Shown in pieces: positions 1 to 9,473 of a stretch of DNA of 38,098 nucleotides. The notes beneath the pieces are model-generated. The model made no database searches. It was not told the origin of the DNA and saw only the letters and a list, made by a program, of their open reading frames with translations. A program made the position numbers and the translations under genes. Source of the DNA: an uncultured virus (IMG/VR IMGVR_UViG_2061766007_000025) (Duplodnaviria > Heunggongvirae > Uroviricota > Caudoviricetes); the IMG/VR virus record IMGVR_UViG_2061766007_000025. The stretch is one strand, 5' to 3'. Position 1 is the first letter of the stretch. The number at the start of each line of letters is the position of its first letter.

Positions 1-1684
1 TAGCAAACATATTAGTCATTCTAGTAACTGAACGTCCTAAACATTCCATATTAGGACATATAGCAGATTTACCAGATTCGGATATAACTAATTTAGTTCC
101 ACATATAGGACAATGCTCTATAAATGGATATACCGGATTCGGATTATTTCTATTACTATCGCAATCTACAGTACTTACATATGGCATTACATCATTTACA
201 TATTTTACATTGATATAGTCGCCATACTTTAATCCCATAGATTTAAACCTTTCATAACTAGATCCAGAAGATTTAGTATGAATAGTTCCTATAAACTCTA
301 CAGGGTCATAATGAATCATAGGAGTAATATTACCGTGCTGACCTACTTCAAAAGTATAACCTCTAAATATAGTTAACTTCTCTGCAGGATCAAATTTAAT
401 TGCCATAGAATATTTATTGATATAATTCTTTCTTCCTAACTTCTGTCTAATATCTTCATCTGTATAGGAAACAACTATACCATCATACATAAAGTTTAAA
501 TAATCTCTGGCAACTTTAGCTTCATCCCAGAATGCTTTTATATTATATAAATTCTCTATATAGGTTCCATAAAAATAGCAATATCTTAATGGCTCTCCAT
601 TAGATATAAATACTCTATTTAAGAACTCTATTTCTTCCATTCTATTTGATATCTGTGGAACATCATTTCTATCAACAGCTAATGGAATAAGAGTAATATA
701 ATCTCTATACTTATAAGCATCTGAAGATCCGAATAGACCAACTATAGCAGTTCTACAATTAGCATAATTGTAGTTATTAGCTATATTAAAATCACATAAA
801 TTAGATTTGGTCATTATAGCTTCAAACTTAACCCCTATAGGTTTCTCTCCTATCATACAATCTGCATGTTTAAAAGTATAACCTCTAAGCATAGGAGTTA
901 AGTCAGAAGCTTCCCCAATACCTGTATCTCCCCTAGTTCTAGCAGAGAACAATTCTAATCCACAATCAGCTTCTACAGATATACCATCATACTTCAATTC
1001 ACATACTACACCAAATTCTTTATTTGGATCTAGTATACCTTTTTGTATATGATCGGCAAAAAAGTCTCTTTCAAATACTTTTACATTAGCATCATCAAAA
1101 ACTCCAGCATCTATAGCATCTTGATTAAGAACGAATTTAGCTTTATCTAAAGTTCCTACAAGATCTGGATGATTATGTTCTGTATTATGTGTTCTTTTAG
1201 ATATATAGTCTGATTCAAATCTTAATGGATTAATATGAAAATCTCTTCCATCTACATATGTCTTATCTAATTGCATGATATTATCATATGCCTCTTGATG
1301 AACAGGATCTAGATCTCTTTTCTTTATAAAAGATATAGGACATTTAACTTGTCTATTATGCTCACCAATATTATTGAGATTCTCTTTAAAGTTTACTACA
1401 GCAGAACCAACTTGGAAATGCTCATCATAGTTCTTATACTTCTCTAATAACAGATCATAGAATCCATCTTCTATTGGAAGAGCTAACATATCTGTTCTAT
1501 TATAAAGTATATTACAACTCATAATGAGTTTCTTTAATGCTTCAACTTCTGTACTATCTAGTTCAGGTTTAGCATATAAATCTAATCCGAGTTGATTAAG
1601 CTTTGCAGTATTCTCAGAATTTATAACACTTCCATCTCCAATATTAAGAGAAAGCAAAAAAGAATCTATAAAGCTATTATCCAT
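1..1684 (-). CDS. ligA: NAD-dependent DNA ligase (3' end runs off the window)
   Basis: Not in the ORF track because it has no stop in the window. ATG at 1684 after GGAGG. Hand translation gives MDNSFIDSFLL...YNRTDMLALPIEDGFYDLLLE (domain Ia-like), VCELKYDGIS (KxDG adenylation motif, 983-994), RTRGDTGIGE and FMYDGIVV. Confidence 0.9.
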   Translation of the reverse strand, partial: MDNSFIDSFLLSLNIGDGSVINSENTAKLNQLGLDLYAKPELDSTEVEALKKLIMSCNILYNRTDMLALPIEDGFYDLLLEKYKNYDEHFQVGSAVVNFKENLNNIGEHNRQVKCPISFIKKRDLDPVHQEAYDNIMQLDKTYVDGRDFHINPLRFESDYISKRTHNTEHNHPDLVGTLDKAKFVLNQDAIDAGVFDDANVKVFERDFFADHIQKGILDPNKEFGVVCELKYDGISVEADCGLELFSARTRGDTGIGEASDLTPMLRGYTFKHADCMIGEKPIGVKFEAIMTKSNLCDFNIANNYNYANCRTAIVGLFGSSDAYKYRDYITLIPLAVDRNDVPQISNRMEEIEFLNRVFISNGEPLRYCYFYGTYIENLYNIKAFWDEAKVARDYLNFMYDGIVVSYTDEDIRQKLGRKNYINKYSMAIKFDPAEKLTIFRGYTFEVGQHGNITPMIHYDPVEFIGTIHTKSSGSSYERFKSMGLKYGDYINVKYVNDVMPYVSTVDCDSNRNNPNPVYPFIEHCPICGTKLVISESGKSAICPNMECLGRSVTRMTNMFA

Positions 1685-1693
1685 TGTTGCCTC

Positions 1694-2041
1694 CTAGCCA
1701 ATACAACTTACATTCAACTGAATAAATGGTATGTTGTACTGACGTGCTATCTCTTTTTCTATTTGACAGCCTCTAGTGGCTGCTATAGTTTTATCATCTG
1801 GAAATACTATAAAATCCACATTCTCTGTTTCTAACTGCTGAATAGATTTTCCAAGATGCCAAAATCTTCCTGCATTAAGTGGAACATCTTTATGCTCATA
1901 ATTATTTACTATCTCTACACTCTCAATAGGAATACCAATCTGATCTTTTAAAGCATCTAATATTCTAGCTCTATCCATTAATATATCTGATTTAGATTTA
2001 CCATGCATTGGCTGGCTTATAAATATCTTTTTCTTTTCCAT
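1694..2041 (-). CDS. DUF4406 / nucleoside 2-deoxyribosyltransferase-like protein
   Basis: KIFISQPMHG N-terminus and TRGCQIEKEIA...IP C-terminus typical of this family; RBS GGAGGTG. Confidence 0.65.
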   Translation of the reverse strand: MEKKKIFISQPMHGKSKSDILMDRARILDALKDQIGIPIESVEIVNNYEHKDVPLNAGRFWHLGKSIQQLETENVDFIVFPDDKTIAATRGCQIEKEIARQYNIPFIQLNVSCIG

Positions 2042-2088
2042 GTATTTTCACCTCCTACCATATATATTATATATAACTATATAATACT

Positions 2089-2577
2089 TTATTCATCGTA
2101 ATCATCGCCTTCAAGATCTTCCATAGTAATTATAGCAGCAGGTGTATCTTTAAGAGTTACAGTACATTCTATGACTAGTATATGGGTTTCATATACAGAA
2201 TCTAATTCATTTCTTATACTATCTTCTTTGATAAACTTATTAGCTATCTCTAATTGTTTATCTGTACCGCCAAATAATTGTCCATCTCTGTACTTAACTA
2301 CATACGGAACATCATAAAGAAAATAAAAATCATACAAGTCATCAGTATTATGTTGATTAGCATATATAACCATCTGTTTATACATGATAGGAATCATTTT
2401 AACAAGATCTATATTCTTATTAAAAGTAAGAGCTGTATTCATTATACATTCAAATTGTGATTTGAAGTTTACTATATCTGCTATATAGTCTACCTCAGCT
2501 TGATCAGGTAAAACTACACTAGCAAGATATAGATTAGCAAATGAAATATAATGTATAGATTTATCTTTCCAAATCAT
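2089..2577 (-). CDS. hypothetical protein
   Basis: 162-aa ORF between the RNAP gene and the ligase operon, same strand; start uncertain. Confidence 0.55.
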   Translation of the reverse strand: MIWKDKSIHYISFANLYLASVVLPDQAEVDYIADIVNFKSQFECIMNTALTFNKNIDLVKMIPIMYKQMVIYANQHNTDDLYDFYFLYDVPYVVKYRDGQLFGGTDKQLEIANKFIKEDSIRNELDSVYETHILVIECTVTLKDTPAAIITMEDLEGDDYDE

Positions 2578-2606
2578 ATATGTATATTCGGAAGGACAGA
2601 ATATTT

Positions 2607-4691
2607 CTACTCTGTCCTTCTTCTACTCCTACCGTCAAATATAAATGGACTCTTAGATTCCTTACTAGCTTTAAGTTTCTGTCTATCTTTGAAATCCTTC
2701 TCATAATCAAATCCTTCACGAAGTTCTTCAGGAATAAATGAAATAGGATATTTAACAGGATCTCTATTAAAGCTAATAGGAGAAACTATATTCTTTCTAA
2801 CCTTCTTAAACTTAAGTCTACGTCCAATAGCCTTCAAGAAAGTATTAGCAATTTCTGCACTTCTATTTCTAGAGTCAGAATCCAAACGTACATCGATTGT
2901 AAATGGGTCTTCTGTATACATCTGTTCAACTAGTCTTCTACCCTGAGGTGATAAACTATGAATCATCATATTAGCTATAACTACTTCAGCTCCTAAGTGA
3001 TTCATGTTGTTAGTCTCCATGTTACCGAATCGAATTGGTGTATTTGGATATAATTCTTTATAATCTTTTCTAGCTCTAGACTTAATATTTTCATTCCTAA
3101 TATTTGTAGCTGATAATGATGTTGCACTATATTTTTCTTCGGCATACTGCTTTAAACGGAAGACATATTGCTTTCCGATTAGTATAGGCTTTCTAGATTT
3201 TATATATCTTGGTTGTCCGTTAGAACCAATCATTACAACTTCTACATCTGTCAGTTTTACAAATGGAAATGCTTTATAAATATCTGCAAGTTTATCTATT
3301 GTCATTGTATCTGATATAGGCCTCATAGATAAGAATATACTACCAGAGTTTATAATAGATTCTATATAGAAAGCTAATTCATCTCTAGTAGATTCGCTCT
3401 TCATATATTCTAGATATTCACCTTGCTGAGGAGAACACATAGAAGTATATTTATATATAAGACTATATGCTTCATCTAAAGAAAGATTATCGGTTACTAT
3501 CTTATTGATTATCTCTGTACCTATATGAGTAAGAGATAATTCAAATAACTGTCCTACATTCTCTCTTCCATACATGGTAGATGTGTTAAAGATAATATCG
3601 GCGTATTCATATTCACCTTTAGAATTCTTAAATCTTGGCATATATATCTGAGGCCACACGTCCGAAACAATTCCTTTACCGCCATATCTGTTTGCTGCTT
3701 TATCTCCAGGACCCATAGTCTTTTCTTCTAAGACTGTTATAGTCATAGTAATAAAGCTGAAATTCTTTTTATCTATATACTGTTTCTTCTCGCATACATC
3801 TTTAGCATAGTCATATAACTTAGTCAATTCATATGAGAATTCATAACCCTGGCTAATATATGGTAATAATGTCTGTACAAACTCTGTAGATTGTCTTTGT
3901 AATTCATTATAATATAACTTTAACTGAGCATAATAGTGATTCTCTAACAACTCAGGATTATTGCAATAAATATCTACATCTATAACTTTTCCATGAACCT
4001 GTTTACATTCATCAGACATAGTTATATTTCTTAATCTATCTACAGACTGATTATAGTAAGACTCTTCTTTCTTCTCTTTTCTTAATGCAATAAGATTAGC
4101 ATTTACTATAGGCTCACCTATATCTGGGAATATCTTATACTGTTTATCATCACCATAAATATTCAAAGGAATATCATTATCATTTATCATGATCTTTACC
4201 GGTTTGATAAGAGGAGATGTAAGTTTACCAGCTGCCACATCAGAGAATATAATCGAGTCTTCCATATTAGAGTCTAGATTATAATAACAAACATTAAAGT
4301 TTCTACCATCTGTTCTGTTCTCATATTCATCGAATGCTAAAGACTTTTGCATTCTAGTACCTTCAGTTACTATATCACTAACATTTAATGAATCTAGATA
4401 ATCATTATTATAAAGATAACCATAAGATTCAGTTACGTACTGATAACTTATTCTTTCAATAACTTCAAGTTTATTAGCATGAATATCTTTTAGTATAAGC
4501 CAATAATGATGATTAGGAGCAAAACTAAATTTAGATATTTTAGCTATAACTTGATAATCTGCTTTTGCTTCAGTAATAGAAGAAGATAAATCACCATATC
4601 TTTGTTCATATCCAGTACTGATTACTGGCATTTCTCCACCCATCAAACCAAGGATATGACTTCTATGAACTGAGTGCATGATTTTTCTTGC
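2607..4691 (-). CDS. phage multisubunit RNA polymerase beta subunit, C-terminal half (probably non-virion RNAP), exon 2
   Basis: GDKAANRYGGKGIVS (RpoB GDK..RHGNKG), DIIFN, RLKQYAEEK, PIRFGNME (RpoB GQRFGEME). Frame is open upstream of the listed Met to GCA AGA AAA ATC (ARKI) at 4691. Confidence 0.9.
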   Translation of the reverse strand, partial: ARKIMHSVHRSHILGLMGGEMPVISTGYEQRYGDLSSSITEAKADYQVIAKISKFSFAPNHHYWLILKDIHANKLEVIERISYQYVTESYGYLYNNDYLDSLNVSDIVTEGTRMQKSLAFDEYENRTDGRNFNVCYYNLDSNMEDSIIFSDVAAGKLTSPLIKPVKIMINDNDIPLNIYGDDKQYKIFPDIGEPIVNANLIALRKEKKEESYYNQSVDRLRNITMSDECKQVHGKVIDVDIYCNNPELLENHYYAQLKLYYNELQRQSTEFVQTLLPYISQGYEFSYELTKLYDYAKDVCEKKQYIDKKNFSFITMTITVLEEKTMGPGDKAANRYGGKGIVSDVWPQIYMPRFKNSKGEYEYADIIFNTSTMYGRENVGQLFELSLTHIGTEIINKIVTDNLSLDEAYSLIYKYTSMCSPQQGEYLEYMKSESTRDELAFYIESIINSGSIFLSMRPISDTMTIDKLADIYKAFPFVKLTDVEVVMIGSNGQPRYIKSRKPILIGKQYVFRLKQYAEEKYSATSLSATNIRNENIKSRARKDYKELYPNTPIRFGNMETNNMNHLGAEVVIANMMIHSLSPQGRRLVEQMYTEDPFTIDVRLDSDSRNRSAEIANTFLKAIGRRLKFKKVRKNIVSPISFNRDPVKYPISFIPEELREGFDYEKDFKDRQKLKASKESKSPFIFDGRSRRRTE

Positions 4692-5114
4692 AAAATTATT
4701 TACTATAAGCTGTATTAATTCTTATAGCGAGATTATAAAAATCTCCACTAGTATTACCTAGTGATTAGACTATTTGGCATCCCTATATAAATAGGGTCGA
4801 GGATTTTTCTTCCACCATTGTATACTTGTGGTTTTACTCTCCCGTCAGGAGATAGTCGTTGAACGTATTTGGATATTGTGTAAAACCAAATGTCGCTGCA
4901 ATAACGGGCCTAGTATTGAAGTTTAGGACTACATATACTCAAGATAATGTAGCTTTTATTTCACCATGCTTCATCTCTACGTTTTTTCTACTTTCGTACA
5001 TTTACGTTTATACTTCATTACACTTTGTATTCCGCTTTAGTGTAGAGCTTTAAGCCTTTACCTGCATTTAACCCTCATGAAACGCACTCATTACTGAATA
5101 CGCTGAGCAAGCAC
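4692..5114 (-). ncRNA. group I intron (IA2-like, no ORF) in the RNAP beta gene; boundaries +/-1 nt
   Basis: On the minus strand: P2 GCGTATTCA-GTAA-TGAGTGCGT; P3 GAGGGTT/AATCCTC; P AAATGCAGG; R GTTCAACGACTATC (about 4851-4864); P7.1 and P7.2 hairpins; P8; S AAATAGTCT; three P9 hairpins. Removal restores LQPFNNLNAG-ARKIM, aligning with RpoB IPFLEHDDANRALM. Confidence 0.88.
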
Positions 5115-5225
5115 CCCTGCATTTAAGTTATTGAATGGCTGCAATAAACCAGTACCACTCATTTCTTCTAGACTTTTAATATTCTTAGAAGCTTCATTGA
5201 TCTTATCTGTAAAATTTAATGCCAT
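5115..5225 (-). CDS. RNA polymerase beta C-terminal-half subunit, exon 1 (37 codons)
   Basis: AAGGAG RBS then ATG at 5225: MALNFTDKINEASKNIKSLEEMSGTGLLQPFNNLNAG; same frame as exon 2. Confidence 0.85.
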
Positions 5226-5242
5226 GATAGTTCTCTCCTTGA

Positions 5243-5467
5243 TTATTTATTTCTATATATAATTCTGCCATTCTCAAGGTTAGGATCTAATACACTTAAA
5301 TCTACTGTGACATTATCACCTTTTACAATCTTAATAGAGTTTAATCTCATCTTCCCACTGAGATTACATGTACATACATGCCCATTCTCTAAACGTACTT
5401 TAAACTTAGCACCTTTAAGTACATCTATGACTTCTCCTTTAATTTCAAATCTATCAGGACTTGCCAT
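5243..5467 (-). CDS. infA: translation initiation factor IF-1
   Basis: EIKGEVIDVLKGAKFKVRLENGHVCTCNLSGKMRLNSIKIVKGDNVTVDLS...GRIIYR closely matches bacterial IF-1; 74 aa. Confidence 0.95.
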   Translation of the reverse strand: MASPDRFEIKGEVIDVLKGAKFKVRLENGHVCTCNLSGKMRLNSIKIVKGDNVTVDLSVLDPNLENGRIIYRNK

Positions 5468-5487
5468 ATATTTTCATTCACCCCCCT

Positions 5488-5940
5488 CTACTTTTCTCGT
5501 AGATAAAATGTTAATTGATATGAAGGTTTCTCTTTATGATTAGGATGTGTGGCATAATGCTCTTCATAGAAATCTATTGTTTCTATATGGAAATTATGCT
5601 TTATATCATAATTATATACTTTTAAATTATCTTTTTCTCGTATATATTCTGGAAATTCCTTCATAAGCATAAATATATTATGAAATAAATCTTCATCCTG
5701 ATATATAATTTTGTCATCTTTAGAAAAATCTAATGGTTTATTATCCTTACCTAAAATAACTAATTTAGAATCTTCTATTTTTGGTATTACCATAGTGAAT
5801 ACACAGCGTGCTTTAGCTTGCATTCTTTTTAATGAAATATTTTTGATCTTATCGATCGATACATAGTATTTTTCATTATGCATTGGACATATAATCTTCA
5901 TTTCTGCAAACCCTTTCAATATACAATTACTTTTATCCAT
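5488..5940 (-). CDS. hypothetical protein
   Basis: 150-aa ORF; no motif recognised. Confidence 0.6.
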   Translation of the reverse strand: MDKSNCILKGFAEMKIICPMHNEKYYVSIDKIKNISLKRMQAKARCVFTMVIPKIEDSKLVILGKDNKPLDFSKDDKIIYQDEDLFHNIFMLMKEFPEYIREKDNLKVYNYDIKHNFHIETIDFYEEHYATHPNHKEKPSYQLTFYLREK

Positions 5941-5971
5941 GCAAATATATAATATATTATTTTAATATCGT

Positions 5972-7225
5972 TTACTCTTCATCTCTTATACCCATATTGG
6001 TTATAAGACTATTAATATTAGATGAAGCTAAACTTTCATCTGCTGACTGGATTTTTGTAGAAGAAAGTAAAGGTTCAAGCATATTAAATACTTCTTTAGC
6101 GAATACTTCCTGTAAATCTGGATTAGACTCTAATACTTCTTTGAAATTCTTAAGTGAAAACTTTACATCTTCACAACCTTCAAATCTAAGATTAGCACCA
6201 ATACCAGATATTCTACCTTCCTGTTTAAGCATATGAAGTAAAGATAAGATATTATCGAAATGACCATTAGTCTTATCAAAGATTAAACTTATACTTCTTC
6301 TTGTAGCATTAGTTCTAGATTTAATAAGGGTTACATCTACAACTTTACCAATGATTCCATAAGCTTCTTCTTTCTTTAAAGTAGTCTTTTCATCAAGTCT
6401 GAATATATTATTTGCAAGATATACTACAGTCTGAGCGCCAGCAAGTCTTTCATCTGTTTTTAAACCATCAACCTGTGACTGAGTAGGTAAGAATCCTAAC
6501 TGAGGTCTTGGAAGAATATGATTTACTGTAAAAATAATAATATTAGCTGCTTTAGCTAACTGATTGATCTTCTTAAATAACATAGTATTCTGTTTAGCTA
6601 CAGACATACCAGTTGCATTAGTTCCGAGATCATCACCTTCAGATATATCTTCTGGCATAAGCATAGCTATAGAGTCTATAACATATACAGTTGGAACTAA
6701 CTTATAGATTCTATTACCAAATGTATCAAATAAACCTGTATCATATGTATAATCTTTAGCATTAGTAATCTTCTCATTAGCAATGACAGATATTCTTTCA
6801 TATACATTCTCTGTAGTAATACCAGTATTTCTAATATCAACATGGTGCTCTAACTCTTCTGGAGTCATCTGTAATAAGAACTCTCTTCTTGATTGAGGAA
6901 GACCACCCTCAATATCATCAATAAATAAGTTTGCATCATAACCTTGTCTAATAAATGGAGTTACGATAGAAGATGCACACTGAACTATTAATGTAGATTT
7001 ACCTGCACCTGATCTGGCAATAAAAGAATTAGAAGATCCATCTACGATACCAGCAGAAACATAACTAAAGTTTCTCTTTTCAGACCTTACATATATTCTC
7101 TGTCCATTAAGCATATCAAGAGCATTAAATCCAGTAGGATACATTACATCAAAGGTAGCATCATTATCAGCACCTTTAACTTTAGATTTAGAAATAGTCT
7201 TAGAAAAGTTATCTAATAATCCCAT
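5972..7225 (-). CDS. uvsX: RecA/UvsX-like recombinase
   Basis: PTGFNALD, Walker A ARSGAGKST, IDDIEGG, Walker B YVIDSIA, IFTVNH, LIKSR. Confidence 0.88.
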   Translation of the reverse strand: MGLLDNFSKTISKSKVKGADNDATFDVMYPTGFNALDMLNGQRIYVRSEKRNFSYVSAGIVDGSSNSFIARSGAGKSTLIVQCASSIVTPFIRQGYDANLFIDDIEGGLPQSRREFLLQMTPEELEHHVDIRNTGITTENVYERISVIANEKITNAKDYTYDTGLFDTFGNRIYKLVPTVYVIDSIAMLMPEDISEGDDLGTNATGMSVAKQNTMLFKKINQLAKAANIIIFTVNHILPRPQLGFLPTQSQVDGLKTDERLAGAQTVVYLANNIFRLDEKTTLKKEEAYGIIGKVVDVTLIKSRTNATRRSISLIFDKTNGHFDNILSLLHMLKQEGRISGIGANLRFEGCEDVKFSLKNFKEVLESNPDLQEVFAKEVFNMLEPLLSSTKIQSADESLASSNINSLITNMGIRDEE

Positions 7226-7230
7226 ACTTC

Positions 7231-7458
7231 TTAAACAATCTCCTTTGCATTAATAATAATTGGCGAAGTTACCAATAGTGGTGGACCGGAAGAATTTACG
7301 AATTTAATAAGTGCTACTTTAGGAACTCTATATTTATTTCCTACACGAACACTTTGTAATTTTCCAGATTCTAATAATCTGTAAACAGTATTCTTTCCGG
7401 TGTTTAATGCTTTCTGTACTTCACATACACTAAGCATATCAGGATACTGTTCAAACAT
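7231..7458 (-). CDS. excisionase-like helix-turn-helix (HTH_17) DNA-binding protein
   Basis: PDMLSVCEVQKALNTGKNTVYRLLESGKLQSVRVGNKYRVPK matches the HTH_17 pattern; RBS GGAGGG. Confidence 0.85.
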   Translation of the reverse strand: MFEQYPDMLSVCEVQKALNTGKNTVYRLLESGKLQSVRVGNKYRVPKVALIKFVNSSGPPLLVTSPIIINAKEIV

Positions 7459-7506
7459 GTTATATCTTCCCTCCTTTGATTAAATTGCGTTAAATCGTAT
7501 TATATT

Positions 7507-7518
7507 TAATTATCTGTT
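7507..7518 (-). promoter_or_regulatory. AR9-type late promoter AACA-N6-TA
   Basis: minus strand AACA GATAAT TA upstream of the HTH-recA genes. Confidence 0.55.
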
Positions 7519-7547
7519 CCCATTATGGTAATTTTTAACAAAGGATA

Positions 7548-7577
7548 TCCCTCTACTCATTTTATAGAGTAGAGGGA
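7548..7577 (-). terminator. intrinsic terminator hairpin
   Basis: TCCCTCTACTC/GAGTAGAGGGA 11-bp stem just after the stop of 7584..8462. Confidence 0.7.
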
Positions 7578-7583
7578 ATCTAT

Positions 7584-8462
7584 TTAAATGGTTGCATTAT
7601 TAGCTTTTCTTAAAAAGCTTTCACATCTGTTATGATTTATTACATAGAATGCATCTATCTTCATAACAAATTTTAAATACTGAGTAAGAAACATAACTTT
7701 CTTCTTAATAAGTTCCACTAAGCTTTGTCTTTCTGCTTTGTCTTCATCTAAATTCTTAGTACTTATAGCTAGTAAATCTTGAATGCTTTCTATCTCGCCT
7801 TCTCTAGCTATATTATTCTTATTAAGTTCTATTTCTTTTAATCTAAATTCCGCCTGTCTTAAATCTGCTTTAGCTTCATTTACAGACATATTAACTTTAT
7901 CTACATATCCATCATGAACCTTTTTAATACTAGGATCTATTTTAATATATTGATACATGTTTATCTTATATTCTTTATTATCTATATTGAAATTTGATGC
8001 GTATGTATCGCAGAAAGATTTAATCTCTTCTGGTTTATTTCTGGAAAATATATCGTCTACTGCATGAAAATAAGTTTCTGATTTAGATAAAAAAGAAACA
8101 GTAGATGGTGAAGGAACTTCTTTTTGTAAGAATTCTCTTAATTCATCTAATGATGCTGATTCATGCATAGGAAGAGCTTTAATAGTTCTCTCTACATTAT
8201 TAAACTCTTTCTCTAAGTTATCATGATTTCCTACAAGTTTATCTTTTAATTTCTTAAAGAATCCAACAACTGTTTTAGTAACCCATTCTATAAATTCTTT
8301 AATTTTATCTATTATAGTATGTAATATAGATATAGCTTTTTCTTTTATAGTTTCTTTGATAGAACCTTCATTAAAAACAAAGTCCTCTTCAAATAATCCA
8401 CTAGATTCACATATAACATTAGCAAGATAATCTAGATCTAATGCTGCTGTATAAATTCCCAT
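7584..8462 (-). CDS. putative internal head / virion protein (jumbo-phage type)
   Basis: Start placed at ATG 8462 after AAAGGAG. Acidic N-terminal segment (…CESSGLFEEDFVFNEG) followed by amphipathic helix IDKIKEFIEWV…FFKKL, as in processed phiKZ-type head proteins. Confidence 0.45.
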   Translation of the reverse strand: MGIYTAALDLDYLANVICESSGLFEEDFVFNEGSIKETIKEKAISILHTIIDKIKEFIEWVTKTVVGFFKKLKDKLVGNHDNLEKEFNNVERTIKALPMHESASLDELREFLQKEVPSPSTVSFLSKSETYFHAVDDIFSRNKPEEIKSFCDTYASNFNIDNKEYKINMYQYIKIDPSIKKVHDGYVDKVNMSVNEAKADLRQAEFRLKEIELNKNNIAREGEIESIQDLLAISTKNLDEDKAERQSLVELIKKKVMFLTQYLKFVMKIDAFYVINHNRCESFLRKANNATI

Positions 8463-8521
8463 AATACTGATCACTCCTTTATATAATGTCATTATATATA
8501 AGTGGATGAAACAAAAAATAA

Positions 8522-8549
8522 ACCACTATGGGGGTTAGCCCATAGTGGT
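8522..8549 (-). terminator. intrinsic terminator
   Basis: ACCACTATGGG/CCCATAGTGGT stem followed by a U-run on the minus strand. Confidence 0.75.
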
Positions 8550-9473
8550 ATCTTCTTCTTTAATTTCTTCCTTAATACCATACTTATATAGATTCATATA
8601 ACTACGTCTTGTACAGTCTTTCATATAATCGACACGTGCTAATATTTTAAATGAGAACTCGATAAATTTATCAGTATATAAGATACCCTTTAAAATATAT
8701 GAGTAAAATAGATTATCTGTTGGTCCTTCTTTTATAAGAGTACGCTTTTCTTCTAAGAGTTTTAACAGGATATCAAAATAGTTATTAAAGAACTTATTCA
8801 ATGTTTCATTAGCTGTATCTAATGCATCTTTATCGGTCTTAATAGTCAATGCCGCGTACTCAAAATTATCAAATTTGTAATTTGTCCATTCAGGATTAAA
8901 ACCATAAATATCATCATCAAAATCCTCAAAACCATCAAATAATGCTTTTAAATGATATACATGACCCTCACAAATGGATCTATAGCAATAATAATCTTGA
9001 TAAGAAACATTATCAAATCCTGCAGTAATAATTTCTGCAATTTGATTAAGCTTTTCTATATAATCTGATATGCAAGCTATATAACCATGAAGATTATATA
9101 AGTCTATAGTTATTTCTGTATTTGGAGTGAATAACTTATCCTTAAGAGTTTTCTTCTCTTTATCTAAAACCTCAGGCTCATCATTATTCTCATTAAGATG
9201 ATATACTCTATCTTCTTCTTTAAAAGTAGCAGTCATATTACCATTCTCATCAGAAGTTAAAGTCATATTCTTATAATCTGCATATCCTTCATTATTCTGT
9301 TTTATTCCTTCAAACTCCTTTTTTACGCCTTCAAATTCTTCTTTTAATTCATGATATTTTTTCACATTCTTTTTAGCTTGAGTAATTATAAATATCTCGA
9401 ATCTAGATAAACCATTTGGCCATCTTATTGGCTTACTACCGTTCAATATTTTCTTTAAGCTCATCAATCTCAT
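8535..9473 (-). CDS. hypothetical protein
   Basis: 312-aa ORF overlapping the upstream gene by 38 nt. Confidence 0.65.
   Translation of the reverse strand: MRLMSLKKILNGSKPIRWPNGLSRFEIFIITQAKKNVKKYHELKEEFEGVKKEFEGIKQNNEGYADYKNMTLTSDENGNMTATFKEEDRVYHLNENNDEPEVLDKEKKTLKDKLFTPNTEITIDLYNLHGYIACISDYIEKLNQIAEIITAGFDNVSYQDYYCYRSICEGHVYHLKALFDGFEDFDDDIYGFNPEWTNYKFDNFEYAALTIKTDKDALDTANETLNKFFNNYFDILLKLLEEKRTLIKEGPTDNLFYSYILKGILYTDKFIEFSFKILARVDYMKDCTRRSYMNLYKYGIKEEIKEEDTTMG

Noticed and set aside
4859..5053. 64-aa plus-strand ORF within the RNAP intron
   Set aside because: Antisense to the ribozyme core, no RBS and no endonuclease motif; the intron is ORF-less.
4692..5114. Group II intron, because one register begins GTGC
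   Set aside because: No domain V/VI or RT; clear group I P3, P4, P7 and R/S elements are present.
7231..7458. Prophage excision module
   Set aside because: Only an HTH_17 protein; no integrase or att site nearby, and the context is a lytic jumbo phage.
9436..9473. Programmed frameshift fusing the 164-aa and 312-aa ORFs
   Set aside because: The downstream ORF has its own GGAG/AAGGA and ATG, and no slippery heptamer is seen; simple overlap is sufficient.
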